Below are positions 29,998 through 40,704 of a stretch of DNA of 64,000 bases, in pieces. Numbering within the stretch: position 1 is the stretch's first letter; each line of letters opens with the position of its first letter. The stretch comes from Acidobacteriota bacterium (GTDB lineage Bacteria > Acidobacteriota > UBA6911): NCBI GenBank assembly GCA_963664705.1, contig OY761556.1:4640001-4704000 (forward strand), given 5' to 3'. Below the pieces are notes generated by a model. It saw only the letters and a program-made list of their open reading frames with translations, ran no database searches and was not told where the DNA came from. The translations under genes and the position numbers were made by a program.

Positions 29998-31467
29998 ATG
30001 AACCTGTTCTTCACAAAACCACGCAGCGCAGCTTATCGGTACGGTATTGCGGTTCTTTGCGTCGTTGGTGGCATCGTCTTTCGCATCGGAGCGATGGGCA
30101 TCTTGGGCTCCCGTCTGCTCTATATCACCTTTTTCCCGGCCGTTATCCTGGCGTCTCTTTATGGCGGACTCTATGCCGGATTGCTGGCGACATTTTTATC
30201 CGCAATGGCTTCGCTCTGGTGGATGGAACCAACCACCAGTTTTTGGGCCGGAAGGCATCCGGCGGATCTCCTGGGATTTTTTGTTTTTGTCATCGCATGC
30301 ACGATGATCTCGATTGTCTGCGAAGCGATGCACCGGGCCCGGGCACAAGCGGCCGTTGCCGCTTCCTGGGCCAAGCTGGCGGATGATCGGAGAAGGGCCG
30401 AAGAAGCGGCCCGTGAGAGTGAAGCCCGATATCGCTTCCTTTCGGAAAATACCGGTGATGTCATCTGGCTCTTCGACATCGATCTCAACCGATTCACCTA
30501 TGTGAACCCTGCAGTGATTCGTTTGCGCGGATATACTCCCGCCGAAGTGATGGAACAGACCATGCAGGAGGTTTTAACGCCTGCTTCGTTCAAGATGGTC
30601 ACCGAATCCCTTCCGGCACGGATTGCCGCCATGGAATCAGGGGACGCTTCCGCCCACGTGCAGATGCATGAGGTCGATCAGCTGGGCAAGAATGGAACAA
30701 TTGTTCCCACTGAAGTCGTGACCACGCTGCTCCGGAATGACTCGGGAAAGGTGAAGCAGATCATCGGCATTTCCCGCGACATTTCCGAACGCAAAAAGGC
30801 GGCAGATGAATTGCGCCGGTCGCTCGATGAAAAGGTATCGCTGCTGAAGGAAGTGCATCATCGAGTTAAAAACAATCTGCAGGTTGTGGCCAGCCTTCTC
30901 GACCTTCAGGCCTGCCGTACCCAGGCGAAGGATGCACAGTTCGCCCTGCAGGAAACAAGGAACCGCGTGCGCTCAATGGCCCTTTTGCACGAAGTCCTTT
31001 ATCGATCCGGCAACTTCGCCAGCACCAATTTTTCGGCTTATGTCAGCGAATTGTGCAGTCAGCTTTTGGGATCCTTTGGCGTCTCCTCCGATCGAGTCAG
31101 ACTGCAGAATCTTGCATCCAGAATTGGAATGCCCCTGGACCAGGCGGTTCCCTGTGGCCTTATTATTAGTGAATTAGTCAGCAATGCGCTAAAACATGCG
31201 TTTCCCGATGAACGTCACGGTACAATTACCATTGAGTTTTTTTTAAGCGAGCCACGAATGCTCACGCTGCGCGTCAGCGACGACGGCATCGGGCTGCCGC
31301 AGGATGCAAACCGCTCCCAGGCTCGCACTTTAGGCCTTCAGTTAGTTGCCAATTTGGCCGATCAACTGAAAGGACGATTTTGTATTGAGCCCGGAATAGA
31401 TTCAGGAGTAGTCAGCACAATTGTTTTTCCAGATCCCGAGACTGTTCGTAGCAAGGGTGATTTATGA
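29998..31467 (+). CDS. Membrane sensor histidine kinase (DUF4118-like TM, PAS, HisKA_2, HATPase)
   Basis: EVHHRVKNNLQ, ELVSNALKHAF, DDGIG, LGLQLV. Confidence 0.92.
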   Translation: MNLFFTKPRSAAYRYGIAVLCVVGGIVFRIGAMGILGSRLLYITFFPAVILASLYGGLYAGLLATFLSAMASLWWMEPTTSFWAGRHPADLLGFFVFVIACTMISIVCEAMHRARAQAAVAASWAKLADDRRRAEEAARESEARYRFLSENTGDVIWLFDIDLNRFTYVNPAVIRLRGYTPAEVMEQTMQEVLTPASFKMVTESLPARIAAMESGDASAHVQMHEVDQLGKNGTIVPTEVVTTLLRNDSGKVKQIIGISRDISERKKAADELRRSLDEKVSLLKEVHHRVKNNLQVVASLLDLQACRTQAKDAQFALQETRNRVRSMALLHEVLYRSGNFASTNFSAYVSELCSQLLGSFGVSSDRVRLQNLASRIGMPLDQAVPCGLIISELVSNALKHAFPDERHGTITIEFFLSEPRMLTLRVSDDGIGLPQDANRSQARTLGLQLVANLADQLKGRFCIEPGIDSGVVSTIVFPDPETVRSKGDL

Positions 31468-34400
31468 ATCCGGTAAGTATCCTGGTAGTCGAAGACGAAG
31501 CCATCGTTGCAATGAACATTGAAGAGCGACTGCTCGCAATGGGCTATGGGCCGATTGGCCGCGTTGCCAGTGGTGAAGACGCGTTGAGTCATATACAAGT
31601 CAAGCGTCCTCACCTGATTTTGATGGATATCCAGTTGCAGGGCGCTATGGACGGCATCGAAACGGCAACGGAGATTCGTCGGCATTTTCACATACCGGTC
31701 ATCTTCCTCACCGCGTACTCCGAGGACTCCACTCTTGATCGCGCAAAAGTTGCAGAACCATTCGGCTATATTCTGAAGCCATTTGAAAATCGGGAACTTA
31801 AATCCACAATTGAGATCGCCCTTTACAAACATCAGGCCGAGGAGGAAATCCGTCGGCTCAATCAACTGCACAGCGTTCTCAGCCAGGTAAATCAGGCCAT
31901 TGTCCGAAGCCAAACCAGGCAGCAATTGCTGGAGGCAGTCTGCCGCCTGATCGTTGAACGCGCCGCAATCGGCTTTGCCTGGATCGGGGAATTGGACGAA
32001 GCGAGCAAGCGCATCATGCCGCTGGCGCAAGCCGGAGATCAACAGCAGCTTCTGGACAACGTTGAATATTATGCCGATGAAAGACCTGAAGGGCAGGGGA
32101 ACCCCGGAAAAGCGATACGGGCCGGAGTACCATTTATATGCAATGAATGCAGCAGCACAACCTGTGCTCTTCCCTATGAAAAAAGGCCGGCCCATTTCGG
32201 GTTTCAATCCTGCGGATCCTTTCCCCTTCGCTTCCGAGGCCGGATTTTCGGCTCATTGAACCTGGCAGTTGCAGAGGCGGGATTTTTCCAGGATAAGGAA
32301 ATCAGCACACTGGAAGAAATAGCCATGGATATTTCCTTCGCCATGGACAAGCTTGATGGAGATTCCAAGAGAACCGAGATTGAGGAGGCTCTTAAGCAAA
32401 GCGAAAGCCGGCTGAGGCTCGCTTTGTCAGCATCCAAGATGGGGGTATGGGAAAGAGATTTCTTGAATGACAGGGCTTTCTGGTCACCCGAATGTTTCGA
32501 AATTGCCGGAATGAAAGGTTCCGAAATTACAGCCGCAGCCTTTGAAAGACTCCTGCACCCCGACGATTCGCTTCGCGTTGCGCAGGAGATACGGAAAGCG
32601 ATTGCGGACAAAGCCCTGTTCAAATCGGAGTACAGAATTCTTCGCTCAGACAGTTCGCTTGCCTGGATCTCCGACCTGGCAAAAGCAGATTATGACGAAT
32701 CCGGAAACCCCGTTCGCATGGTTGGCATTGTACGGGACATTACCGCGCTGAAAAACTCGGAGAATGCCCTGCGCCATAGCGAGACGCGCTATCGAAAGCT
32801 GTTTGAGGAAGCCACCGAAGGTATTGCATTGGCAAATCTGGAAAACGGACATTTTCTCGACTGCAACCGGGCATTTCTGCAGATGACCGGGTATGAGAAA
32901 GAGGAACTGATCGGAAAGCCCCAGGCAATTCTTCACCCACGGCGACAGGAGGATGACGGAGTTGTTTCGCGCACATTCGCGCAGCATCGAAGCAGCCAGG
33001 AAGGCGCCACTATTACAGAATCGCTGATAACAAGATTGGGCGATGTCCGGCAGGTTGAAATCAAAGCCAACAAGCTGGAATTGGGAGAAGAGAGAATCTT
33101 GCAGGGGTTCTTCCGCGATGTTACCGATGAGCTGCGCTATCACCACGAACGAGAGACAACCCTGAAATTGCTGAGCCTGCTGAATGAGCCAACCGACATG
33201 CATCATCTGATTCGCGGGCTGACCGAATTCATACAGAAATGGACCCAATGCGAAGCTGTCGGAGTCCGGCTATGCGAAGGAGAAGACTATCCCTATTTTG
33301 AAACCAGAGGCTTTCCTTCGAAGTTCGTCGAAGCGGAAAGACAGCTTTGTTCATGCGATATGAACGGCCAAATTCTGAGAGATTCGCTTGGCCAGCCTCT
33401 TTTGGAATGCATGTGCGGAAACATCCTCCAAGGTCGCTTTGATCCCAGTTTGCCCTTTTTTACGGCAAAAGGGAGTTTTTGGACTAACTCCACAACAAAA
33501 CTTCTCAAGAGCACAACGGATGGGGATCGCCAGGGACATACACGCAACCGCTGCAATACGGAAGGGTACGAATCCGTCGCTTTACTGGCCTTACGCCATG
33601 GAAATCAGACGCTTGGGCTTCTGCAAATCAACGATATGGCAGAGGATCGTTTCACACCGGATCTGATTCACTTTCTTGAAAATGCCGCAGATCAGGTTGC
33701 AATTGCACTGGCTCAACGTCAGACCCAAAGCCAGCTGCAGGCCAGCGAGGAACGCTATCGTATCCTGGTGGAAAATGCCGGTGAAGTGGTGGCGGTAACC
33801 CAGAACGGAATGCTTCGCTTTGTAAACGCACAAGCGGAGGTTGTCAGCGGCTATAGTCGCAGTGAATTGATGGCCCTGCCATTCCTGAGCCTTGTTCACC
33901 CTGATGATCGCGGTCTTTTGGAAGGAACCCGGCAGCATGCCTCAAACCGGCAAGGCGTTCTCGAAGAGATTGTAATCCGAATCCTGCGAAAGGACGGAGA
34001 TATCCGCTGGCTGCGCATCAAGTCGCAGACCATCGAGTGGAACGACACCGCGGCAACCCTGGATATCTGTTCCGACATCACCGAATCCAGAAAGGCGGAA
34101 GAGGAACGGGAGCGATTAAAGGCACAATTATTCCAGGCGCAAAAAATGGAATCGGTAGGACGCCTGGCCGGCGGGATTGCGCACGACTTCAACAACATGC
34201 TTTTTGTGATTACAGGAAACGCCGATATCGTGCTGCAACAGACGGATGCTTCGAGTCCCATTTACCAGGACCTTCAGGAAATCAGGAGTGCAAGCCAGCG
34301 TTCCGCCGATTTAACTCGCCAGCTCCTGGCCTTTGCCAGGAAGCAATCCGTGAACCCGCAGGTAATGGATTTGAATGAGACGATCGGAAGCATGACAAAG

Positions 34401-35264
34401 ATGCTTCTCCGTCTGATTGGCGAAAATATCCACCTATCCTGGACGCCGGGAAACAATTTGCGAAAAGTGAAGATCGATCCCTCTCAAATCGATCAGATCA
34501 TCGCCAACCTGATTGTCAATGCCCGGGATGCGATCCACAGCAACGGAAATGTTTCGATTGAAACATCCAATACCCTCCTGGATGAGCGCTATTGCAGTCT
34601 TCATTTCGGTGCAAACCCGGGAGAATATGTACTGCTCGCTATCAGCGACACCGGCGAAGGAATGAGTACCGAAGTGCTGGACCACATCTTCGAACCCTTT
34701 TTTACGACTAAGGAATCCGGCCGCGGCACCGGCCTGGGACTGGCAACCGTTTACGGAATCGTTCAACAAAACAACGGCTATATCGATGTCGCAAGCGCCC
34801 CCGGACAGGGGACAACCTTCAAGATCTATCTGCCTGCGGTCTCAGAGGAGGCCGCCAATAAAGCTCAGGAGCGAGAGTCCGCCCAGGATCTGAAGAGCTC
34901 TGAAACCATTCTGGTCGTTGAGGACGAAACGCTGGTCCGTAAACTCTCCAGCCGAATTCTTCGAGATTGCGGCTACCAGGTGATTGAAGCAGCCAATGGA
35001 GCGGATGCTTTGAAAGCTGCCGCGGAATTCAAAGATGTCATCCACCTGGTTTTAACCGATATGGTCATGCCGGGAATGGATGTCCGGGATATGGTTTCCC
35101 AGCTCAAGAAAGCGCGCCCCGGCATCAAGGAATTATTTATTTCGGGATATACCGAGCATATGATTACCGACCCTACTATCCCCTTTTTGCAAAAGCCATT
35201 CACGATTGAAACGCTGGCGCGCAAGGTTCGGGAAGTACTTCTTCAGTCGAAATCAGGAAGATAA
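31464..35264 (+). CDS. Hybrid kinase REC-GAF-PAS-PAS-GAF-PAS-HisKA-HATPase-REC
   Basis: ILVVEDE/LMDI N-terminal receiver; AHDFNN; FEPFFTTK, GTGLGL; C-terminal receiver LTDMVMP; ATGA overlap with the previous gene. Confidence 0.92.
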   Translation: MNPVSILVVEDEAIVAMNIEERLLAMGYGPIGRVASGEDALSHIQVKRPHLILMDIQLQGAMDGIETATEIRRHFHIPVIFLTAYSEDSTLDRAKVAEPFGYILKPFENRELKSTIEIALYKHQAEEEIRRLNQLHSVLSQVNQAIVRSQTRQQLLEAVCRLIVERAAIGFAWIGELDEASKRIMPLAQAGDQQQLLDNVEYYADERPEGQGNPGKAIRAGVPFICNECSSTTCALPYEKRPAHFGFQSCGSFPLRFRGRIFGSLNLAVAEAGFFQDKEISTLEEIAMDISFAMDKLDGDSKRTEIEEALKQSESRLRLALSASKMGVWERDFLNDRAFWSPECFEIAGMKGSEITAAAFERLLHPDDSLRVAQEIRKAIADKALFKSEYRILRSDSSLAWISDLAKADYDESGNPVRMVGIVRDITALKNSENALRHSETRYRKLFEEATEGIALANLENGHFLDCNRAFLQMTGYEKEELIGKPQAILHPRRQEDDGVVSRTFAQHRSSQEGATITESLITRLGDVRQVEIKANKLELGEERILQGFFRDVTDELRYHHERETTLKLLSLLNEPTDMHHLIRGLTEFIQKWTQCEAVGVRLCEGEDYPYFETRGFPSKFVEAERQLCSCDMNGQILRDSLGQPLLECMCGNILQGRFDPSLPFFTAKGSFWTNSTTKLLKSTTDGDRQGHTRNRCNTEGYESVALLALRHGNQTLGLLQINDMAEDRFTPDLIHFLENAADQVAIALAQRQTQSQLQASEERYRILVENAGEVVAVTQNGMLRFVNAQAEVVSGYSRSELMALPFLSLVHPDDRGLLEGTRQHASNRQGVLEEIVIRILRKDGDIRWLRIKSQTIEWNDTAATLDICSDITESRKAEEERERLKAQLFQAQKMESVGRLAGGIAHDFNNMLFVITGNADIVLQQTDASSPIYQDLQEIRSASQRSADLTRQLLAFARKQSVNPQVMDLNETIGSMTKMLLRLIGENIHLSWTPGNNLRKVKIDPSQIDQIIANLIVNARDAIHSNGNVSIETSNTLLDERYCSLHFGANPGEYVLLAISDTGEGMSTEVLDHIFEPFFTTKESGRGTGLGLATVYGIVQQNNGYIDVASAPGQGTTFKIYLPAVSEEAANKAQERESAQDLKSSETILVVEDETLVRKLSSRILRDCGYQVIEAANGADALKAAAEFKDVIHLVLTDMVMPGMDVRDMVSQLKKARPGIKELFISGYTEHMITDPTIPFLQKPFTIETLARKVREVLLQSKSGR

Positions 35265-35279
35265 CCTGGATGCGAAAAA

Positions 35280-35741
35280 TCAATTTTTTGGTTTCGATAG
35301 GAATTCTGCCTTGATGGCCGCCACCGCTGCCGGCAGCATCTTCTGCACTTCGTCCGAAAGATCTGTCCCCCAGTCAATGCGCGCGGGTTCTACGCCAAAA
35401 ACCACCACTTCCGGGGAAGAACTGTTTCCGGCTAGAAACAGAGCTCGCGACAGGTCGAAGCCATGCAGGGACATGAGTCTTTCTGTCCTGGCACACTCTT
35501 TAAAGGGCACCCGATAGATCGTTCCAGGTGCATGCCCCGCCTGCATGGCATCGATGACAATGATGCGATCCGCGTTTTCCATCTCGGGAATGGAATCAAG
35601 AAATGCAGTCCCCACATCAAGTGCTAGAGTATCGGGCGGCAACGGCTCTTCCTGGAGGGCGCGAACGATATGTACGCCCACGCCCTCGTCACCAAGAAGC
35701 AGATTGCCTATTCCCAGGATAAGCAACCTTTCGCTCCTCAT
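35280..35741 (-). CDS. Hydrogenase maturation protease (HyaD/HybD family)
   Basis: LGIGNLLLGDEGVG, IDA, SLHG; ATGA overlap with the large-subunit stop. Confidence 0.92.
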   Translation of the reverse strand: MRSERLLILGIGNLLLGDEGVGVHIVRALQEEPLPPDTLALDVGTAFLDSIPEMENADRIIVIDAMQAGHAPGTIYRVPFKECARTERLMSLHGFDLSRALFLAGNSSSPEVVVFGVEPARIDWGTDLSDEVQKMLPAAVAAIKAEFLSKPKN

Positions 35742-37213
35742 CGTATTCCAGCCTCCGCAACAACCACAGGTTCCCCTTCCGGACGCATAACATGCACGGC
35801 GCAGGACAGGCAAGGGTCAAACGAATGCACAACGCGCAAAACTTCAATGGGTCGTGCCGGATCCGATATCTTGGTTCCTATCAGCGCCATTTCCATCGGC
35901 CCATGCACTCCACTGGTGTCTTTGGGGGAGGCATTCCAACAGGTTGGCGTAATAACCTGGTAGTTCGCGATGGCCGGTCCGCCGGCCGGGGCGGTAGGAG
36001 CGGTAATCGCGGAGGTGCTGACCCAATGGCCCAGCGCTCCACGAGGGGCTTCGGTAAGCCCGATACCGGATTTGCCATAGGGAGCGGTGTATTGCGTATA
36101 CACCGAACCGCCGACTCGCAGCTGTTTCACCCAGTCCATCATGGCATAGGCAATCTTTTGTGTCTCCAGGGCGCGCGCCAGGTGGCGGTCCATCACAGAG
36201 ATTCCATTGCGATAATCGCCATTCACCCACATGCGGGCCAAAGGACCGCACTCCATGGGAGCTCCTCCTAATCGCGGCGCCTTCAGCCACGAATAGGCAT
36301 TGGTTTTTGTCGCAGGGTCCACTGTTACGGTGCTTCCATTTGCCGGGTTCAGGCTATTTGTAGCATCGGAGTACCAGGAATAGGCCACATGCTCTGAAAT
36401 CATTTTCGTGGATACGGATTGCACCCGCGTGGGAGCGGTATTGACCACAAATCCACGCTTCAAAAGCTTGGAGGGGTTGGAACTGTCATCCAGATCAAAC
36501 ACTCCATAGGCAAGAAAATTGCCGAAGCCATCACCTATCTGGCTGTAATCCGGATACACCGCTTTCAGAATTTGGGCATCGGGCAGATAACAGTCATTGA
36601 TAAAGGTGATCAGCTCTTTGAGATAAGCAGTAAAAGAACTGATCAGGCTGCTGGTGGGCTTGGTCGTGAAGCCGCCGGCCTGAAAGGCGGGAGGCATGGG
36701 CATCCTGCCTCCGAAAAGCGCGCCCATTTCATGGGCCTTTCGGCGCATCGCAATCGCCTTCACAAAATTACTGGAGACCTGCTGAAGAGCTGAATCAGAT
36801 CTCATATCCACATCCCAGGTTGGGGTAAAGGGGGCGCTGGCAGGCGGCCTTATATAATCAAGTGCAGACAAAAGATAGAAGTGGAGAATATGGGATTGCA
36901 GGAAATTCGCGCCCAATACAAGGTTTCGCAGAATTCTGGCATTTGTCGGAATGAGCATGTTCGCCGCATTTTCCAACGCCAGATTGGCAGCCAGGCCGTG
37001 CGACACCGGGCACACGCCGCAGATGCGCTCCGTCAAATAGGGAGCATCCTTGGGATCTCGCCCTTTGAGTATCGTTTCGAATCCGCGGAATAGAGTCCCG
37101 GTACACCTGGCGTCGATGACCTGCTGTTGTCCTCCAACCGCATCAATGGTCACCTGAACTTTCAAATGTCCTTCAATCCGAGTCACCGGATCAACGATTG
37201 TAATGATTGACAT
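35738..37213 (-). CDS. Group 1 [NiFe] hydrogenase large subunit
   Basis: DPVTRIEGH, RICGVC (L1), DPCLSCAVH (L2, Cys rather than Sec) plus a cleavable C-terminal extension. Confidence 0.95.
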   Translation of the reverse strand: MSIITIVDPVTRIEGHLKVQVTIDAVGGQQQVIDARCTGTLFRGFETILKGRDPKDAPYLTERICGVCPVSHGLAANLALENAANMLIPTNARILRNLVLGANFLQSHILHFYLLSALDYIRPPASAPFTPTWDVDMRSDSALQQVSSNFVKAIAMRRKAHEMGALFGGRMPMPPAFQAGGFTTKPTSSLISSFTAYLKELITFINDCYLPDAQILKAVYPDYSQIGDGFGNFLAYGVFDLDDSSNPSKLLKRGFVVNTAPTRVQSVSTKMISEHVAYSWYSDATNSLNPANGSTVTVDPATKTNAYSWLKAPRLGGAPMECGPLARMWVNGDYRNGISVMDRHLARALETQKIAYAMMDWVKQLRVGGSVYTQYTAPYGKSGIGLTEAPRGALGHWVSTSAITAPTAPAGGPAIANYQVITPTCWNASPKDTSGVHGPMEMALIGTKISDPARPIEVLRVVHSFDPCLSCAVHVMRPEGEPVVVAEAGIR

Positions 37214-37271
37214 CTTTGACTCCTAAAAGTTTTGTTTGGCAAATCGACGGTTATCCAATTCGACTCCGCGC

Positions 37272-38234
37272 CTAATCATCATTCCCGTGACAGGTAGTGC
37301 ATGTGGACCTGGGACTGCTGATCGTTTTGTGATCTCTGGGCAGCGCACCCATTGTGCTGAAAAGCGGAGCATACTTGTCCGGGAATCCGCTTTGCGTGCA
37401 TCCATGGCAGAGCGAATCCGCGCCAACGCACCAATTTACGCCGTTGTTCCATTTGCGGCTCGAGCAGTCGCCATAGGTTTGCCGGCCTTTGCATCCAAGA
37501 TTATTGAGGCAAAGACCCGTCTGGCTGAGCGATGTCGCCCAGTTCGTTTCTCTTCTCGGGCATTTGCTATGAACCGTGGCGCCGAACAATGTCGTCGGTC
37601 GTCGGAAGGAATCCAACGCGACATTCTGGCCGGCCAGGAGTTGGGCTATCGTCCACACAATCCAGTCGGGATGAGGAGGGCATCCGGGGATATTGATGGT
37701 GGCGATACCTCCGGCGCTCATAACATCTTTGACTCCGGTTGGATTCGGGACAGCGCCGGGAATACCGCCAAAGGAGGCACAGGTTCCTATCGACAACACC
37801 TTCGCAGCCTTGGGTGCAAGCGTTTTGATGGCGGTCAAGGCTGTGACATCGACGCCTTTCTCCGTGTAGAGGGTGCAGGCGGCCCCGTTATATTGCGTGG
37901 GAATAGCTCCTTCCACCGCCAGAATGAACGATCCCGCCGATGCGCTTTTCAGGGTCTGAACCGCCTGGTCCCCCGCCGCTCCCATCAGTACCGAGTGATA
38001 AACGAGGTCGATTGTGTTGATGAGGAGATCCGCGACATCCACCGGCGCACTGCCGGATATCCTGTTCGCCAGAGAAACCGTGCATCCAGTGCAACTTGCC
38101 CCTTTGAGCCAGATGATGGGCGGGCCGCTGGAGTTGGAGAGAGCTTTTTCCAGCGGGCCAAGGCCGGAGGTCAGCCCAAGTGCGGCCGCCGACAAGGTGC
38201 AGTAGTTCATGAACTCTCGTCTTGTTACTTTCAT
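37272..38234 (-). CDS. Tat-exported [NiFe] hydrogenase small subunit with C-terminal CxxCH
   Basis: TRREFM signal; CTGC, GTCASFGG, PGCPPHP, HSKCPR, CL..LGCKG, WC..CHGC; ends PRDH...CTTCHGNDD. Confidence 0.93.
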   Translation of the reverse strand: MKVTRREFMNYCTLSAAALGLTSGLGPLEKALSNSSGPPIIWLKGASCTGCTVSLANRISGSAPVDVADLLINTIDLVYHSVLMGAAGDQAVQTLKSASAGSFILAVEGAIPTQYNGAACTLYTEKGVDVTALTAIKTLAPKAAKVLSIGTCASFGGIPGAVPNPTGVKDVMSAGGIATINIPGCPPHPDWIVWTIAQLLAGQNVALDSFRRPTTLFGATVHSKCPRRETNWATSLSQTGLCLNNLGCKGRQTYGDCSSRKWNNGVNWCVGADSLCHGCTQSGFPDKYAPLFSTMGALPRDHKTISSPRSTCTTCHGNDD

Positions 38235-38359
38235 TTCGTCATTCTCCCTTTGCCTGTTGCAGGACACACATATCCTGACTTACGGACGGTCGCAGTCCGC
38301 AAGGCCACGTGGGTCCTTGTTGAATGAGAGTTAGATGGCGCTTCGATTACGCGAAGTGG

Positions 38360-38374
38360 GCAAGGCTATGACCG
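38360..38374 (-). promoter_or_regulatory. Possible sigma-54 promoter of the hydrogenase operon
   Basis: CGGTCATAGCCTTGC = GG-N10-GC with a perfect TTGC but a weak -24 box. Confidence 0.35.
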
Positions 38375-38516
38375 ACATCTCATCTCTCACACTCGAATAA
38401 GTGTCGGAATAATAGATGAACCTCAGCCGGCCGGTCTGTGAGGGTTATCACGTGAGCGTAAAATCGCAAAAACGATGTTCAGAGCCTCCGGGAACGTTTG
38501 GTTTCCCGCATAGCGC

Positions 38517-40490
38517 CTACTTGGGCTCCATCTGGTGCGCATAAGCGCCCAGAGCAAGAATCGGGAAGTAATCTCTATATAGATGATATTGGATATAAAA
38601 AACCCTGGGGAACCCTGTTCCGGTAGTACTCGACTCTTCCCAGGTTCCGTCGGCCCGCTGATGATCCTGAAGCCAGCGAATTCCGCTTTGAACGGCAGTG
38701 CCGGCAACCTCGCCGGCAGCCATCAAGCCCAGCACCGCCCAGGCGGTTTGCGAGGGAGTGCTCGCCGCACGTTCGAATTGCTCGGTGTCATAGCTAAGAC
38801 AACTCTCGCCCCATCCTCCGTCCGGATTCTGGACTTCACGAAGCCACTTCGCACCCCGGGCCACAGCCTTTCTCGTCTGCGGTGCCCCAGTGGCGACAAG
38901 GCCGCGAATTGCCAGAAAAGTACCGTAGACGTAATTGACTCCCCACCTGCCGTACCAGCTTCCATTTGATTCCTGCCGCTGCAAAAGAAAATCAATCGCG
39001 CGGGTAATGGCAGGATCCTGATATTGGAATCCCCGGCGGCAAAGCGACTCCAGGACTCGTCCCGTAATATCCGCGCAGGTCGGATCCAGCATGGCGTTAT
39101 GATCCGCAAACGGCACTTTGTTGAGGATCTGCCAATTGTTATCCACATCAAACGCCGCCCACCCGCCATCGGAACTCTGCATCCCGAGCAACCACTGGAC
39201 GGCTCTGCGTTCGGCACGCTCCTGCTTTTCAGGTTCGCTCGATTTGGCATGCAGCAGCGCCAGGAGAACCATGGCCGTGTCATCAATGTCGGGGTAAAAC
39301 TCATTGGCAAACTCAAAAACCCATCCGGAAGGCGTCAAATCCGGACGCTTGGCAGCCCAGTCCCCCTTGCGCCGAATTTCCTTGGTCAGCAGCCAATCCG
39401 CGGCCGCCGTCAATGCCGCGGAGTTGCTTGCCGGTCCAAGCTCTCCCAATGCGAAGCTTGCAATGGCTGTATCCCAGACCGGAGATTTGCACGGCTGGAA
39501 AATCAGCCGGTCTTCAGTCTCCAGCATTAAGTCGTCAAACTGCCGGATCGCGAGTTGGAGATCCGGATGATCCCGCTCGTAGTTGAGCGCATCCATTGCC
39601 ATGATCGAATACATCATAGACGGGTAGATGGCTCCCAATCCTTCGCTGAATTGCAGCCGGTCGAGCATCCAGTGCTCGGCCTCCCGAATGGCATGCCCAC
39701 GGATCTTCTTGACGCTTTTGCGCTCCCAGCGCTTGAAAAGGGTATCCGCTTTGATGAACAGATTCGCAATCCGATCCTTGCGATGCAGCGCCAGCTTTCG
39801 GCTGGGATGCATGAGTTCATCAATGCGCAGGCCGTTCGGAGTTCGCTTTGTCCCACCAGCTGCCTGCACGATCGAAAGGGGAACAATGATGGTTCGCGTC
39901 CAGGAGGACATTTCGTACAGCAGGTTCCCGGGTATGATCATGATTTCGGGAGGGATGGTAGGACAGTACTTGCGCGGGAACAGATCGAAGAAACTGTAGT
40001 TGATCTTCGTGTAGCTGTTGCAGGACTGAATACCGCCGAGCCGAAGGATCAGATCCCGCGCTTTCCGCATCTGCGGAGCCTCCGGATCCGTCCCGGTCAT
40101 TTTCAGCATTGCATACGCCCGGACAGTGGCATTGATTTCCGATGGTCCCGGCTGAAAGATGCTCCATCCTCCATCCGGAAGCTGCGCCTCGACAATGGAT
40201 CGGACAGCCTTGCGAATCTTCGGCAGCGTGGGCGGATTCCACGTACCATCCGGCTTCGGCGGATACAGCCACATCTGCAGGAGAATGTAGTCCGATTGCA
40301 ACGTGGAATCGGCCGTAAGATCGCCACACCAGTACCCTTCGCGATATTGACGTGCCTCCAGGCTATGGGCGGCCGACTCTGCCGCGGCCCTGGCTGCATT
40401 CGCGGCAATTCGAGCTTCCGTTCGACTCGCCGGAGCCATCTCCTTTGCCGTAACCCTAAATTTTCGAACAATTCCCGGCAATTCATTCAT
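38517..40490 (-). CDS. shc: Squalene-hopene cyclase
   Basis: YPDIDDTA (DxDD), QW repeats (QSSDGGW, QESNGSW, QNPDGGW, QRADGTW), GTGFP; start uncertain (40529, 40490 or further downstream). Confidence 0.95.
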   Translation of the reverse strand: MNELPGIVRKFRVTAKEMAPASRTEARIAANAARAAAESAAHSLEARQYREGYWCGDLTADSTLQSDYILLQMWLYPPKPDGTWNPPTLPKIRKAVRSIVEAQLPDGGWSIFQPGPSEINATVRAYAMLKMTGTDPEAPQMRKARDLILRLGGIQSCNSYTKINYSFFDLFPRKYCPTIPPEIMIIPGNLLYEMSSWTRTIIVPLSIVQAAGGTKRTPNGLRIDELMHPSRKLALHRKDRIANLFIKADTLFKRWERKSVKKIRGHAIREAEHWMLDRLQFSEGLGAIYPSMMYSIMAMDALNYERDHPDLQLAIRQFDDLMLETEDRLIFQPCKSPVWDTAIASFALGELGPASNSAALTAAADWLLTKEIRRKGDWAAKRPDLTPSGWVFEFANEFYPDIDDTAMVLLALLHAKSSEPEKQERAERRAVQWLLGMQSSDGGWAAFDVDNNWQILNKVPFADHNAMLDPTCADITGRVLESLCRRGFQYQDPAITRAIDFLLQRQESNGSWYGRWGVNYVYGTFLAIRGLVATGAPQTRKAVARGAKWLREVQNPDGGWGESCLSYDTEQFERAASTPSQTAWAVLGLMAAGEVAGTAVQSGIRWLQDHQRADGTWEESSTTGTGFPRVFYIQYHLYRDYFPILALGAYAHQMEPK

Positions 40491-40704
40491 GCGACAACCC
40501 TTCCGAAGACTGTTTTCCAAAACCGTCATTCTAATACAGGTTTTAGGGAAATGCCTGTTTTTTTGGTTTTTGTGATCGAAACCCGTAACGTATGGCCAGG
40601 AATGCCCAAATTGTGCTATTCCTTATTGGAGGACAGCATGCACCGCAGACCGCCCTCCCTTGCAGGTGCCATCAGATACCATGGATGCTGGATAAGGAGA
40701 GTAT

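Noticed and set aside
35790-35822. [NiFeSe] hydrogenase
   Set aside because: The L2 motif is DPCLSC with TGC codons; there is no in-frame UGA
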